A DNA stretch of 41,143 nucleotides, from assembly GCA_011364925.1 (NCBI GenBank), contig RDOA01000031.1:1-41143 (forward strand), written 5' to 3'. The position numbers and the translations under genes are program-made. The stretch comes from Promethearchaeota archaeon. Its GTDB lineage: Archaea > Asgardarchaeota > Lokiarchaeia > Sigyniarchaeales > SOKP01. This document shows, one piece after another, positions 1 to 9,810 of this stretch (its first letter is position 1; the number at the start of each line of letters is the position of its first letter). The notes beneath the pieces are model-generated. The model saw nothing but the letters and a program-made list of their open reading frames with translations. It was not told the DNA's origin and searched no databases.

Positions 1-404
1 ATTTCCATCTCGATCCGTTGCCGGTTAATAACACCGTTGCAAGGAATTCCTATAATCGTAATCTCGTCTAAATTAATTCTATTTTCAGATGCTAAGTGAA
101 TTAACGCTCTCCCCACGCATCCTTTAGCCACCACTCCTACTTTAAGGTTGCCTTTTTCGGGATCCACGAATTTTGCAACTCTTGGGACGAGATATTTCGC
201 TAGGTTTACATAACAAGTATTGTTCCATAGCAATTTGTCTACGTCTTCCTCTTTGTCGATGATAATTGGTTGAGACATCATCGGTAGCGTTCCTTTTTTA
301 TACCCAATTATCACATCTACCTTTTTTTCTTTGAGCAAGCCTCTTGCGAGTTCTCGAATACTATTCTCTATCTCTTTATTTTCTTCTTCAAGCCCCACGA
401 TCAT
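1..404 (-). CDS. FlxC/FrhB(FdhB)-like iron-sulfur subunit of an Hdr-Flx-type complex; 5' part only, runs off the window start
   Basis: Not in the ORF track. Manual translation from the ATG at 404-402 (TGATG overlap with the mvhD stop; alternative starts ATG 410 or GTG 398) is open to position 1: MIVGLEEENKEIENSIRELARGLLKEKKVDVIIGYKKGT...LLWNNTCYVNLAKYL...KVGVVAKGCVGRALIHL...IIGIPCNG. This is the FrhB-like N-terminal pattern typical of the gene following hdrA-mvhD/flxD. Confidence 0.75.
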   Translation of the reverse strand, partial: MIVGLEEENKEIENSIRELARGLLKEKKVDVIIGYKKGTLPMMSQPIIIDKEEDVDKLLWNNTCYVNLAKYLVPRVAKFVDPEKGNLKVGVVAKGCVGRALIHLASENRINLDEITIIGIPCNGVINRQRIEME

Positions 405-856
405 CACCATTTCTTCTCAAATTTTTTGTTTGGGCCCAATTTTTTCACGATTTCAGTTGCTTTTCGAATCAATACGGCGAAACGCTCGCCTTCTGCAGCG
501 GAAGCCCACATAAAGTTAACTCTTCCAGGTTCTATGCCGAAAAACTCCAACAGTTCTTTCAAAATCGCAAACCTTCGACGAGCTACCAAATTTCCGCTAA
601 TATAGTGGCAATCGCCGGGATGACATCCAGAAACGACGACTCCGTCCCAGCCATCGGTTAAACTCTTAATAATGAAATAAGCGTTAATCCTTCCCGAACA
701 GGGAACTCTCACAATCCTTATATTAGGAGGGTATTGGATCCTACTTACGCCCGCTAAATCGGCTCCCGCGTAAGAGCACCAATTGCATAGGAACGCAATT
801 ATTTTCGGCTCCCATTCTTTACTTTCCGTTACTTTTTCAATAACTTGTTCTGTCAT
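404..856 (-). CDS. mvhD: MvhD/FlxD [2Fe-2S] subunit (copy 1)
   Basis: Motifs FLCNWCSYAGAD, RVPCSGR, GCHPGDCHY and WASAAEG; directly downstream of hdrA. Confidence 0.95.
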   Translation of the reverse strand: MTEQVIEKVTESKEWEPKIIAFLCNWCSYAGADLAGVSRIQYPPNIRIVRVPCSGRINAYFIIKSLTDGWDGVVVSGCHPGDCHYISGNLVARRRFAILKELLEFFGIEPGRVNFMWASAAEGERFAVLIRKATEIVKKLGPNKKFEKKW

Positions 857-858
857 CT

Positions 859-2865
859 TTACTCCCTCCTAGTTATCATTGAGAATATTTGTTCTGAAGA
901 AAATCCTATAATATCTATTGCTGCGCATCTGCAATTTCCTGAACAGGCACCGCAACCTTTACAAAGTGCTTTATTTATTGATGCTACCGTACCAAACCTT
1001 CTATCATCAACAAATTCAATTGCTCCATAGGCACAATTTTCAATGCACATTCCACATCCTGTACATCGATCAGCATGAACCACTGCGAAAAAGGGTTCAA
1101 TCTCTACTTCTCCTTTAGCCATCAGTGAAATTGCACTAGCTGCAGCTCCTTTTGCTTGGGCTACAGAATCAGGTATATCTTTGGGACCTTGCGCTACTCC
1201 TGCTATAAAAATTCCTTCTGTTAAAGTATCAACGGGTCTCAATTTTGGATGTGCTTCTAAGAAGAACCCGTCTGCTGATTTCTGAATTCTTAAAAGACTT
1301 GTAATGGCATCTGAGTCTGCTCTAGGCTCGATACCAGTTGAGAGAACAAACAATTCTACTTCTACTTCAATTGGTTGTTGAAGCAAAGTGTCTTCAGCTC
1401 GGATTATAATATTATGATTCTCAGGATTCTCCCTTACTTCAGCGATTCTTCCTCTAACATAATTAATACCATAATTGGAGGCTGCTGACTCGTAAAATTC
1501 TTCGTATCCTTTACCAAATGCTCGTATATCCATATAAAAAATATAAATATCGGCATCTGGGTGCTTTTCTTTGTATTGCCTTGCTTGTTTGGTAGCGTAC
1601 ATGCAACACACGCGCGAACAATACTGATTTCCTCCTTCTCGGAAATTTCTGCTCCCTACACATTGTAAAAATGCGATACTATGTGGGTCTTTAAGATCTG
1701 AGGGCTTTACAGGTTTTCCAACAACTGGTCCAAAAGAGCTTAGTAAACGCTCCATTTGAAGTCCTGTAATCACATTAGGATATTTACCAAAACCATATTG
1801 CTTGAGTTCGGTCGGATCGTACTCGTCGTAGCCTGTTGCCACAATGATTGTCCCTACCTTAACATTAATGTATTCAGGTTCATCGTCGTACTTAATCGCT
1901 CCTGGTTCACACACATTTTCTCTTGCACAAATTCCGCATTGAACGCAACTATCCATATCAATGGTGTACTGGCTCGGAACGGCTTGAGGAAATGGAACGT
2001 AAATCGCTTTTCTAGTTGCTAATCCTAAATCAAACTCATTTCCAACGGTTATAGGACATGAATCAATGCATATTCCACAACCCGTGCATTTTTCTTGATC
2101 AACATAATGAGGTTTTTTCTTAATCGTTACTTCAAAATTACCTACGTAACCGGACACTTCAGTAACTTCCGAATACGTTAATAATTCAATATTTTTGTCT
2201 CTCGCTACTTCAGACATTTTGGGTGTAAGGATGCAAGAAGAACAGTCCATAGTCGGAAATGTTTTATCAAGTTGCGCCATATGACCACCAATCGTCGGAG
2301 ATCTCTCCACAAGATATACTTTGTAACCTGCAGAACTGATGTTTAATGCTGCATTCATTCCAGTAATACCCCCACCTATGATTAAACAAGCAGGCTCGAC
2401 TTCTACTTTTTGGACCGCGAGTGGAACTAAATTTCTTGCCTTAGCAATCGCTAGTCTTATGTGATCCTTTGCTACTTCATATGCGCCCTCAGGTTCTTTC
2501 ATGTGAACCCAAGTAGAATGCTCTCGAATATTTGCCATCTCAAACAAAAACTGATTTAATCCTGCTTCTTTACACGCAACACGGAAAGTAGGTTCGTGCA
2601 TTCGTGGAGAACAAGCTGCAACAACAACCCGATTAACTAGTCCTGCTTCGATGTCTTCTTTTATCATCTTCTGCCCTACATCAGAGCAAAAAAACTTGTA
2701 TTCGCGACCTACGGCTACATCTGGCAGATTTTTAGCATATTCGACTAAATTTGGAACTGAAACGACACCACCAATATTAACACCACAATGACACACATAC
2801 ACACCAATTTTGGGTTTTTCATTTCCCGTAATATTTAGTTCTTTTTCTTTATCTACTTCTGTCAA
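859..2865 (-). CDS. hdrA: Heterodisulfide reductase subunit A (copy 1)
   Basis: VYVCHCG, ACSPRMHE, NIREH, GGGITG FAD-binding motif, LDKTFPTMDCSSC, QCVGSR, YCSRVCCMY, GPKDIP, and inserted plus C-terminal ferredoxin motifs. TTG start with GGAGG upstream. Confidence 0.97.
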   Translation of the reverse strand: MTEVDKEKELNITGNEKPKIGVYVCHCGVNIGGVVSVPNLVEYAKNLPDVAVGREYKFFCSDVGQKMIKEDIEAGLVNRVVVAACSPRMHEPTFRVACKEAGLNQFLFEMANIREHSTWVHMKEPEGAYEVAKDHIRLAIAKARNLVPLAVQKVEVEPACLIIGGGITGMNAALNISSAGYKVYLVERSPTIGGHMAQLDKTFPTMDCSSCILTPKMSEVARDKNIELLTYSEVTEVSGYVGNFEVTIKKKPHYVDQEKCTGCGICIDSCPITVGNEFDLGLATRKAIYVPFPQAVPSQYTIDMDSCVQCGICARENVCEPGAIKYDDEPEYINVKVGTIIVATGYDEYDPTELKQYGFGKYPNVITGLQMERLLSSFGPVVGKPVKPSDLKDPHSIAFLQCVGSRNFREGGNQYCSRVCCMYATKQARQYKEKHPDADIYIFYMDIRAFGKGYEEFYESAASNYGINYVRGRIAEVRENPENHNIIIRAEDTLLQQPIEVEVELFVLSTGIEPRADSDAITSLLRIQKSADGFFLEAHPKLRPVDTLTEGIFIAGVAQGPKDIPDSVAQAKGAAASAISLMAKGEVEIEPFFAVVHADRCTGCGMCIENCAYGAIEFVDDRRFGTVASINKALCKGCGACSGNCRCAAIDIIGFSSEQIFSMITRRE

Positions 2866-2878
2866 TTTAACAATCCTC

Positions 2879-3835
2879 CTAAGTTAATTGCGCCTTAACT
2901 TTTTCTATAAACGATTCTATAGGTATGAAGGGAGATACTCCCGTTAATTCGTGATTTTTCACTAATCCTAAGAGATTAGGATCAATTCCAAATGATAATC
3001 CTAATAATTGAGTAATGTAAATAACTGGTATCTGATATGGTTCACCAATCATATCTTTATATAAGCTATTTGCCTCCATCTGGCCCAAATCTAGTTGCAA
3101 ATGACAGAAAGGGCAGCAATCAATTATAATATCGGCACCAGCATCTCTTATATTTTCTAATTTTTCTCTTGAGAAGTCAGCTGACACTTCCTTAACAGCC
3201 GTTCTTACTGCACCACCAGCTCCGCAACATTGAAACTTATCTTTATAATCAATACTATTAGCTCCAGTTAATTCTACAAGTTCATCGAGAAATCTTGGGT
3301 CTTCGCATTCCCCTCCCCAAGGTCTTTTATCGCTTGGTTTAACAATGTGACAACCATAATGAACAGCTACTTTTAAATCCTTAAATTTGTGTTTAACAAA
3401 CCCTCTTAAATAATCTAAACCCATATCTTGATATAGTACTTGTACTACATGCTTTGGCTCAATTGATCCCTTGTAATGTCTTCCGACTTTTTCAAGATGC
3501 TCATTAACCATTTTTTTCAAATCGGGTTCGTGTTCTAACTCAAACCAAGCATCCCTAAGCGTACCATAACAACCATTACACCCAGTTATAATATCAACTC
3601 CTAAATCTTCCGCTATTGTAATATTTCGAGCAGCAATCACTAGCCAAGTAGGAATATGAAACGCCCGAAAGACTCCTGGGGCAGGACAACAAGAAGCTCC
3701 TTCTAATTCTAAAATTTCAGCACCCAGATGGTCAAATACTGCTCTGATTGAAGCCTCAATCATAGGATAGCGGTTAGGAGCTACACAACCAAGAAAAAAA
3801 GCGTATCTTCTTTTATTATCTTCACTCATGATCAT
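2879..3835 (-). CDS. hdrB: Heterodisulfide reductase subunit B (copy 1)
   Basis: FFLGC, SCCPAPG, CNGC, HYGCH, CCGAGG and CPFCHLQ CCG-domain motifs. Confidence 0.96.
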   Translation of the reverse strand: MIMSEDNKRRYAFFLGCVAPNRYPMIEASIRAVFDHLGAEILELEGASCCPAPGVFRAFHIPTWLVIAARNITIAEDLGVDIITGCNGCYGTLRDAWFELEHEPDLKKMVNEHLEKVGRHYKGSIEPKHVVQVLYQDMGLDYLRGFVKHKFKDLKVAVHYGCHIVKPSDKRPWGGECEDPRFLDELVELTGANSIDYKDKFQCCGAGGAVRTAVKEVSADFSREKLENIRDAGADIIIDCCPFCHLQLDLGQMEANSLYKDMIGEPYQIPVIYITQLLGLSFGIDPNLLGLVKNHELTGVSPFIPIESFIEKVKAQLT

Positions 3836-3843
3836 TATCCACC

Positions 3844-4452
3844 TTATTTTTCCTCTTCTTTATCTTTTTCAGCCTCAGCCTTTTCTTTCTCTTTTATTTT
3901 TTCGACATTATCCATCAAATCTCTAAAACCGACTGATTTCATTAAATCCTGACATTCCTTGACAGCTTCAGGATGGGTATGAACAGTTGGTGGTAACGGC
4001 GGTAATCCATAAGATTCACGTAAATCTCGCCATTTTTTATTCGCTTCACCGTTAGCAGGTACCCCATGTCCAGTTTCGTAAAATATTTTGTTAGCTAATC
4101 CAAAATGAGCATCCAAAATATGTCCTTCTTCGACAGCAATATTTCTCAGTTTAATAATCATGTCGGTTACTGGTATGTTTCGTGGACATCGCTCATAGCA
4201 AGTATAGCACGTACTACAAAGCCAAATATCAATATCTTCCAAAACAGATTCATCCCCTGTTAACGCTCGTCGAAGAACAGATCGCGTTCGGTACGCTGTG
4301 CGCCTACCTGATGGACAAGAACCAGTACACGTTCCACAATTAATACACGCTCTTAGCTTCTCTAAACCAGCGTCAACAAATTTCTGGGTAATATTGGAAC
4401 TAGTGGATTTATAGACCTTTCGTTTAATATATTTTTCTACATTTTCACTCAT
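3844..4452 (-). CDS. hdrC: Heterodisulfide reductase subunit C (copy 1)
   Basis: CINCGTCTGSCPSGRRT and WLCSTCYTCYERCPR two-cluster motifs; TGHGVP. Confidence 0.96.
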   Translation of the reverse strand: MSENVEKYIKRKVYKSTSSNITQKFVDAGLEKLRACINCGTCTGSCPSGRRTAYRTRSVLRRALTGDESVLEDIDIWLCSTCYTCYERCPRNIPVTDMIIKLRNIAVEEGHILDAHFGLANKIFYETGHGVPANGEANKKWRDLRESYGLPPLPPTVHTHPEAVKECQDLMKSVGFRDLMDNVEKIKEKEKAEAEKDKEEEK

Positions 4453-4759
4453 AGTTAAATCGGATCCCTAATATCATTTCCAATTAGACTTGATAAATAG
4501 TATAAGACGAAGTCTTTACTTAAATAAGTTTGATCAAACTTCTCAATTGATACTCTTAAATTTGAAAAGGTAGTTTGATTAAAAAAATTTATTATGAATA
4601 TAAAATAACCAAATTCCTAAGATTTACTATTTAGTATATTGAATTTTTTTATATAGGCTTAGATTTTTTAATTTTTATATTCAATTATTAGGTAAGATAT
4701 TTATATGACATCAACATTAGACCTATTGTAATCTAATTAAAAATGTTATTGACTTAAAT
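4453..4759. promoter_or_regulatory. Divergent intergenic promoter region (hdrC1 versus the 7TM gene cluster)
   Basis: Very AT-rich 307-nt gap between divergent start codons with several TATA-like words (e.g. TTTATATA near 4648, TTTATATG near 4700). The exact boxes cannot be assigned. Confidence 0.45.
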
Positions 4760-5494
4760 ATGACTCTTCCAAATATTGATATCATAAATGGGCTTACAGG
4801 TTTAGAGATTATTGTTACCGGGTATATCTTAGGTTTTTTCCTTATTTTTAAGCATGCTAGAAAAGCAACTGATGTAAAAGTTAAGAAAAGATTGATTTTA
4901 AGTGGAATTGGTTTAATTTCAGTTTTTCATTCTTGGTTCGGGGTTTCTGCGAGCTTCTTATTAATGATTTTAGGATTCCCACCTTTGGGGTATCCAGCTG
5001 GTGATCCAAATATAGCAGTTCTAGCATATGCTTGGGGTCCTGCTTTGGGTGGAACTATTTGGGCATGGATTGCTTTAGATTTATTTAAGAAAGGACGTTT
5101 AAAAATCCCAATTACGGCCATTGTAGCAATCTTAAGCGTAATTTTCGTTATTTTAATTTATTCCAATCCTTCAACTTTTACATCTTGGAAAGCATCCCCC
5201 AGTGGTTTACCATCAACAGGAATTAGAGGGGCTGCTTTGGCATTATTAGCAGTGGTGTTGATCATAATGGTGGTAATCCTAGGACCAATTATTCTATTTT
5301 CTGCATCGAAACTTGAGGATAAAAGTGCTAAATGGAGGAGATATTCAATGGGAATAGGAGTAATGCTTGTCTCTCTTTTAGGAATTATTGATGCTGGGCT
5401 TTCTGATATTCCATTAATTGGTTTAGCTATAATAAAAGCTTCTATATTTACATCAATATTTCTAATATATGAAGGAATAGATAAGGGATCTTGA
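4760..5494 (+). CDS. Stand-alone seven-transmembrane membrane protein (receptor-like, function unknown)
   Basis: Seven hydrophobic segments counted by eye in 244 aa, with basic loops after TM1, TM3 and TM5 and no soluble output domain. Confidence 0.7.
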   Translation: MTLPNIDIINGLTGLEIIVTGYILGFFLIFKHARKATDVKVKKRLILSGIGLISVFHSWFGVSASFLLMILGFPPLGYPAGDPNIAVLAYAWGPALGGTIWAWIALDLFKKGRLKIPITAIVAILSVIFVILIYSNPSTFTSWKASPSGLPSTGIRGAALALLAVVLIIMVVILGPIILFSASKLEDKSAKWRRYSMGIGVMLVSLLGIIDAGLSDIPLIGLAIIKASIFTSIFLIYEGIDKGS

Positions 5495-5526
5495 ATTATA
5501 TAAACAATAGGGCGTGAAAAAAGAAG

Positions 5527-7254
5527 ATGGAAGTTAAAAAAATAAGTAAAAAAAGGTCATTGCGGCAACGGCTTTTCATAATTATGATTTCCTGTATATT
5601 AATTCCTTTCATACTTTTAACGATTTTCTTAGTATTTCAGTTGCTGACGAATATTGACTATTTTATTGGATTAGGGTACAGTTCCCTTGAAACTTTAAAA
5701 ATTCCCGTGATTATAACCATAATTATTGTAGCAATTATAATCAGTTTTATTATTTTGTTTGCTATAAATGGCATTTCTCGGAGAATTACATCTCCCATTA
5801 TTGAATTAACCAATTCAATAGAAAGAATATCTGAAGGTGATTTAACACAAGAAATTCCACTAAGTGGAAGAATGAGAAGAAATGAGTTTGGCGTACTGGC
5901 TCAATCCTTTCAGGGTTTATTGGTTACAATGCGTTTAGGAAACAAAAGTTATTATCAAGGTAATTTGATGCTTGCTTTCAAAAATTACAATGCAGCTTTG
6001 GAGTTATTTCAAACAACGAAAAATCTCCATGGAGAAGGAATGTGCTTAAATAATCTTGGAAATATTTATAGAAATTGGGGCGATTATGATAAAGCAAGAG
6101 AGAGTTATAATAAAGCAATTAAAATTGGTGAAGAACAAGAGGACATTGCAGCTTTAAGCTCACGTTATAACAATCGGGCTCTTCTTTTTCTTTCAGAAGA
6201 ACGATGGCAAGAGGCAATGGATGATTTTAACAAAGCTATTAAAATTGATGATGAGTTGGGAGATGACTTAGGAATCGCTTCAAGAAAAAGAAATATAGGA
6301 GTGCTTCATATGTTAAAAAATGAATTGGATCTCGCTCAAGAACATCTTGATGAAGCATTTAGACTTGATAGTAAATGGGAAAATAATGCAGGATTAGCAG
6401 AGGATGAGTTCCAACTAGGGAGGCTTAGTCTATTAAAAAGTAATCCAGAGATTGCAGAAAACCATTTAAAAAGTGCTTTAAATTTAGCAAAAAACCTTGG
6501 GAATTACCCTTTAATGAAAAATGTTCTAGAAGCTATGGTACAATTATATGAAAGCCAAGACAATACAACTCTTCATCATAAAGCAGAAATTGAACTTTCA
6601 AAAGTAGATGCTGTGCTTATTCGTAAAAAAGATGTGGTTTTTGTAATTGATCAATCTGGAAGCATGTCTACATGGGATAAAATGACCGCAGCTCGAACAG
6701 GAGCTTTGGGAGTTTTTAATGAAACAATAAACGTTGGAGACCGAGTTGCAATCCTAGCATTTCATTCTCTAATAAATAATCTTCTCAATTTAACAGAGAA
6801 AAAAGGAAATGTTTCACAAATCACTAATATATTTAAATCTTTAGAATCAGTCCCTTATGAGACTTGTTTATATGATGCCATAGCTAAAGCAATAGATATA
6901 TTATTGGGAGCACCACCTCTTTTAGAACAAGAATCTCAAGAACGACAGAAATGGATCATAACTCTGACAGACGGTGAAGATAATAGAAGTAAAAAATATA
7001 ATTCTCGTAAAGTTGCAAGTTATATTCGAAAAGTTGAACCTCCACTCAATTTTATTTTAATTGGAGTAGGACCCGAACTAAAACGAGTTCATCGAAAAAT
7101 GACAGAAATAGTTGATGCGACTCCAAATGGTAGATATATCACGATTTTTTCTGCTAAAAATGTTTCAAAACGAATCGCAGATGCTTTTACAAAGGTTAAG
7201 GAAATCATGGTGTCATCAGAAATAGAAGGATTCATACCAGAGGAGGGATTATAA
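5527..7254 (+). CDS. Membrane protein with 2 TM, HAMP, TPR array and C-terminal vWA domain
   Basis: Two TM helices; HAMP (ITSPIIELTNSIERISEGDL...NEFGVLAQSF); TPR-like repeats (CLNNLGNIYRNWGDYDKARESYNKAI etc.); vWA with MIDAS DQSGS, T-x-LYDAI and LTDGED. Confidence 0.85.
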   Translation: MEVKKISKKRSLRQRLFIIMISCILIPFILLTIFLVFQLLTNIDYFIGLGYSSLETLKIPVIITIIIVAIIISFIILFAINGISRRITSPIIELTNSIERISEGDLTQEIPLSGRMRRNEFGVLAQSFQGLLVTMRLGNKSYYQGNLMLAFKNYNAALELFQTTKNLHGEGMCLNNLGNIYRNWGDYDKARESYNKAIKIGEEQEDIAALSSRYNNRALLFLSEERWQEAMDDFNKAIKIDDELGDDLGIASRKRNIGVLHMLKNELDLAQEHLDEAFRLDSKWENNAGLAEDEFQLGRLSLLKSNPEIAENHLKSALNLAKNLGNYPLMKNVLEAMVQLYESQDNTTLHHKAEIELSKVDAVLIRKKDVVFVIDQSGSMSTWDKMTAARTGALGVFNETINVGDRVAILAFHSLINNLLNLTEKKGNVSQITNIFKSLESVPYETCLYDAIAKAIDILLGAPPLLEQESQERQKWIITLTDGEDNRSKKYNSRKVASYIRKVEPPLNFILIGVGPELKRVHRKMTEIVDATPNGRYITIFSAKNVSKRIADAFTKVKEIMVSSEIEGFIPEEGL

Positions 7255-7718
7255 TGTCTCAACAAAAGAAAAGAAAATTTGGAATTAGGCAAGAAATTCT
7301 TTTGAGCTTTGTTATAGTCTGTGTGATTGCTTTAGGTAGTATTGCTATAACTGCAGCAATATTTAATGAGATTATTGGTAGCAGTATTGTCAGCGCTGAT
7401 CCCGCGGATCAAGCAATAATAGCTGAAACTCTTGAGATAGAATTAGCAATAATATTTATCTCATTATGGCAAATTATCGTGATAAGTCTTTTTGTAGGCT
7501 TAAAACTCTCAGATTCAATAGTAAATCCGATTCACAAATTAACAAACATAGCTTTAAAGTTAAGTACTCACGATCTTAAGACTCTATCTTTTAAAGAGAT
7601 AGATACAGATTTTGATAAAGAATTGGAAGATAAAGATCCTGAATTTGGAAATTTAACTCAAGCTTTCAAAAAGTTAGTGAAGAAAGTTAAAGAAGACGCA
7701 GAAGAAAAGTCAAAATGA
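7254..7718 (+). CDS. Small 2-TM HAMP-only membrane protein
   Basis: Two TM helices then HAMP (IVNPIHKLTNIALKLSTHDL...PEFGNLTQAFKKL) with nothing after it. TAATG stop/start overlap with the upstream gene. Confidence 0.8.
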   Translation: MSQQKKRKFGIRQEILLSFVIVCVIALGSIAITAAIFNEIIGSSIVSADPADQAIIAETLEIELAIIFISLWQIIVISLFVGLKLSDSIVNPIHKLTNIALKLSTHDLKTLSFKEIDTDFDKELEDKDPEFGNLTQAFKKLVKKVKEDAEEKSK

Positions 7719-7865
7719 AGGGAAAAATGCAATAATCCTTTTAAATTCAATTTTTTTATTATTATTTGTGATAGAATATTGTTTTAACAAAGTAATTCTT
7801 GAAGATTTATTAGTCAATTTATATTAGATTGAAAATAAATTGAATTTTAAAAATTAGGATAAGAA

Positions 7866-9698
7866 ATGACATTACAATACATTAAACTACAACCACTTTG
7901 GGTACGTCAGTTTCAAAAATCTGTCTATTCTTGTATAATTGCAAATCTATTGGGGGATCCAGACCCTGAAATAATTGGATGTTCATTCAGTGCAGAAATG
8001 AAAGCTTTCGATCTAAAAGGTAATGAAGTTTTCATCACTGAATTCTCTTCGAGCATTACATCTTTTAAAATAGCATCTGTTAGTAAACAGAATAATATTG
8101 AATTAATCTCAGGAGCATTAGATGGGACTATATATGTAATGGATAAAAATGGGAATTCAATTTGGTCAACAAGTTTGAATTCTCCAGTAATTTGTATGGA
8201 AACTGGGGATATAAGAGATGACAGCAGAGATGAAATTATAGTTGGTTTAGAAAACCAAAGATTAATTGGATTGGATAATGAAGGAAAAAAATTTCTGGAA
8301 TTCAAAGCACCAGAACCAATCATGGATTGCACTATTGGTTATTTTTCTGATGGGATAACTAAAAAGATTTTTATATTACTTAAATCAGGGAAAATTCTTA
8401 ATATTCTTAACGATATAGATTCAGAATTGGTATTTGACTTGCAGTATCAACCTACATGCCTAACATTTAGTAACATATTTAACCAGCCAACCTTAATTGT
8501 GGGCGATAAAAGTGGATTCCTAAAAGCTCTTAATTTAAATAAAGAAATTATTGGTAACCATAAATTAGGGGAAAAGGTACAATGCTTGGATACATATACT
8601 ATCTTTACAGAACAAAAAGAGAATACATATTTGGTTGCGGCATCAAAAAATAAAATTACTTTTTTTCAAATAGTTAAAGGTGAAAAGATTGATATTATTG
8701 AAATACCTACGCCAAAAGCTCAACCTCATGTTCTTACAACAGAAAGAATTAATGAAACCTTGGACACACCCCTAGATAATATTACTTCTGATTTGCCATC
8801 AATTCCGGATGCATCAGCTGTGGAACCCCATGATATCCGTGTGCTTAGGGGTGGGCAGATTGAGGGAGGTGAATATCACTTTAAGGTCAAAGTTATCAAT
8901 AACCGAAACTATAACGTTACTAATGTCAACATAAATATACTTTCGTATCCAGAAGAGAGTTTAATTTTATCACGTATAGATAGTCATCCAGAGTTTTCCC
9001 CAGATAATGCAAAATTTCATAAAATTTCAAAAGGTGGAGGTTTTGTAAGTCCTACTTTCGTTTTTAAGCCAAAAAAAGACTGTATCAAAGGAACTGTTCA
9101 TGCAGTGGTTAATTTCATTAATGAAAAAGATCAGATCGATACCATCAATGTAGAACCACACGAGATTCGAATGATATGTGGACTCTTAAAACCAAAAACA
9201 GTTTCAAAAGAAGATTTTGAAAATCTCACAAAAGATCTCCTTGCATATAAAAAAGTTGGTCAAGAATTTACCCTTCCATATAATGTTGATCAATTATATC
9301 AAAAATTAGCTCTTCTACTAAAGAGGAAAAATTTTGCGATAATTGATACTGAAAAAAAAGAATCAGAGGGAAAATTGCAAATAATTATCAAAGGTTTTGC
9401 AGAAGGCACTTTTAGTAAACATTCTGTTGGATTACTATTAGCTTTATCTGGAAGTAAAGGGGAACAATTATCCGTTTTAAAAGTTGATGTCTTTGCTGAG
9501 GATGAAGATATGACTCCTTCTATCATGTCCGAACTTGAAAATTCTGTGAATCCACAAAGTTGTCCTGAATGTCAAGAAAAATTGCCATTAGAGCTCGTAA
9601 GGAAAATATTAGGCGGTTTACCAGTTTTTTGTGAGGAATGTGGTTCAAAATTAATTGAAATTGATGGAGAAATCACAGCAAGTCCTGATAATTCCTAA
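7866..9698 (+). CDS. Beta-propeller + adaptin/coatomer appendage-like (Ig + platform) + Zn-ribbon protein
   Basis: Repeated blades (NLLGDPDPEIIG, ELISGALDGTIYVMD, GDIRDDSRDEIIVG); Pro/Thr/Asp linker; beta-rich segment FKVKVINN..NVTNVNI..., followed by LLKPKTVSKEDF and a mixed alpha/beta platform-like region; terminal CPEC...CEECG. The ORF is secure; the appendage call is by resemblance. Confidence 0.65.
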   Translation: MTLQYIKLQPLWVRQFQKSVYSCIIANLLGDPDPEIIGCSFSAEMKAFDLKGNEVFITEFSSSITSFKIASVSKQNNIELISGALDGTIYVMDKNGNSIWSTSLNSPVICMETGDIRDDSRDEIIVGLENQRLIGLDNEGKKFLEFKAPEPIMDCTIGYFSDGITKKIFILLKSGKILNILNDIDSELVFDLQYQPTCLTFSNIFNQPTLIVGDKSGFLKALNLNKEIIGNHKLGEKVQCLDTYTIFTEQKENTYLVAASKNKITFFQIVKGEKIDIIEIPTPKAQPHVLTTERINETLDTPLDNITSDLPSIPDASAVEPHDIRVLRGGQIEGGEYHFKVKVINNRNYNVTNVNINILSYPEESLILSRIDSHPEFSPDNAKFHKISKGGGFVSPTFVFKPKKDCIKGTVHAVVNFINEKDQIDTINVEPHEIRMICGLLKPKTVSKEDFENLTKDLLAYKKVGQEFTLPYNVDQLYQKLALLLKRKNFAIIDTEKKESEGKLQIIIKGFAEGTFSKHSVGLLLALSGSKGEQLSVLKVDVFAEDEDMTPSIMSELENSVNPQSCPECQEKLPLELVRKILGGLPVFCEECGSKLIEIDGEITASPDNS

Positions 9699-9810
9699 CA
9701 ATCTATACAACATTTAGATCTTTTTTTCTATGATATTCGATCTTATTTAAACTTTAGAAAGTAGGGAATAATAGGTTAAATACAAAATTTAATTAAAAAG
9801 TAAAAAAAAC

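Noticed and set aside
331-2022. Short plus-strand ORFs over hdr operon 1, and similar shadow ORFs throughout (e.g. 7925-8332, 13892-14293, 18932-19258, 33902-34240)
   Set aside because: They lie antisense to, or out of frame within, well-supported genes and show no motifs.
4760-5494. 7TM protein as a microbial rhodopsin (Lys in the last helix, AIIKAS)
   Set aside because: No DxxxK/SxxxK context in helix 7 and no RYxxW-type helix 3 motif; one lysine is insufficient.
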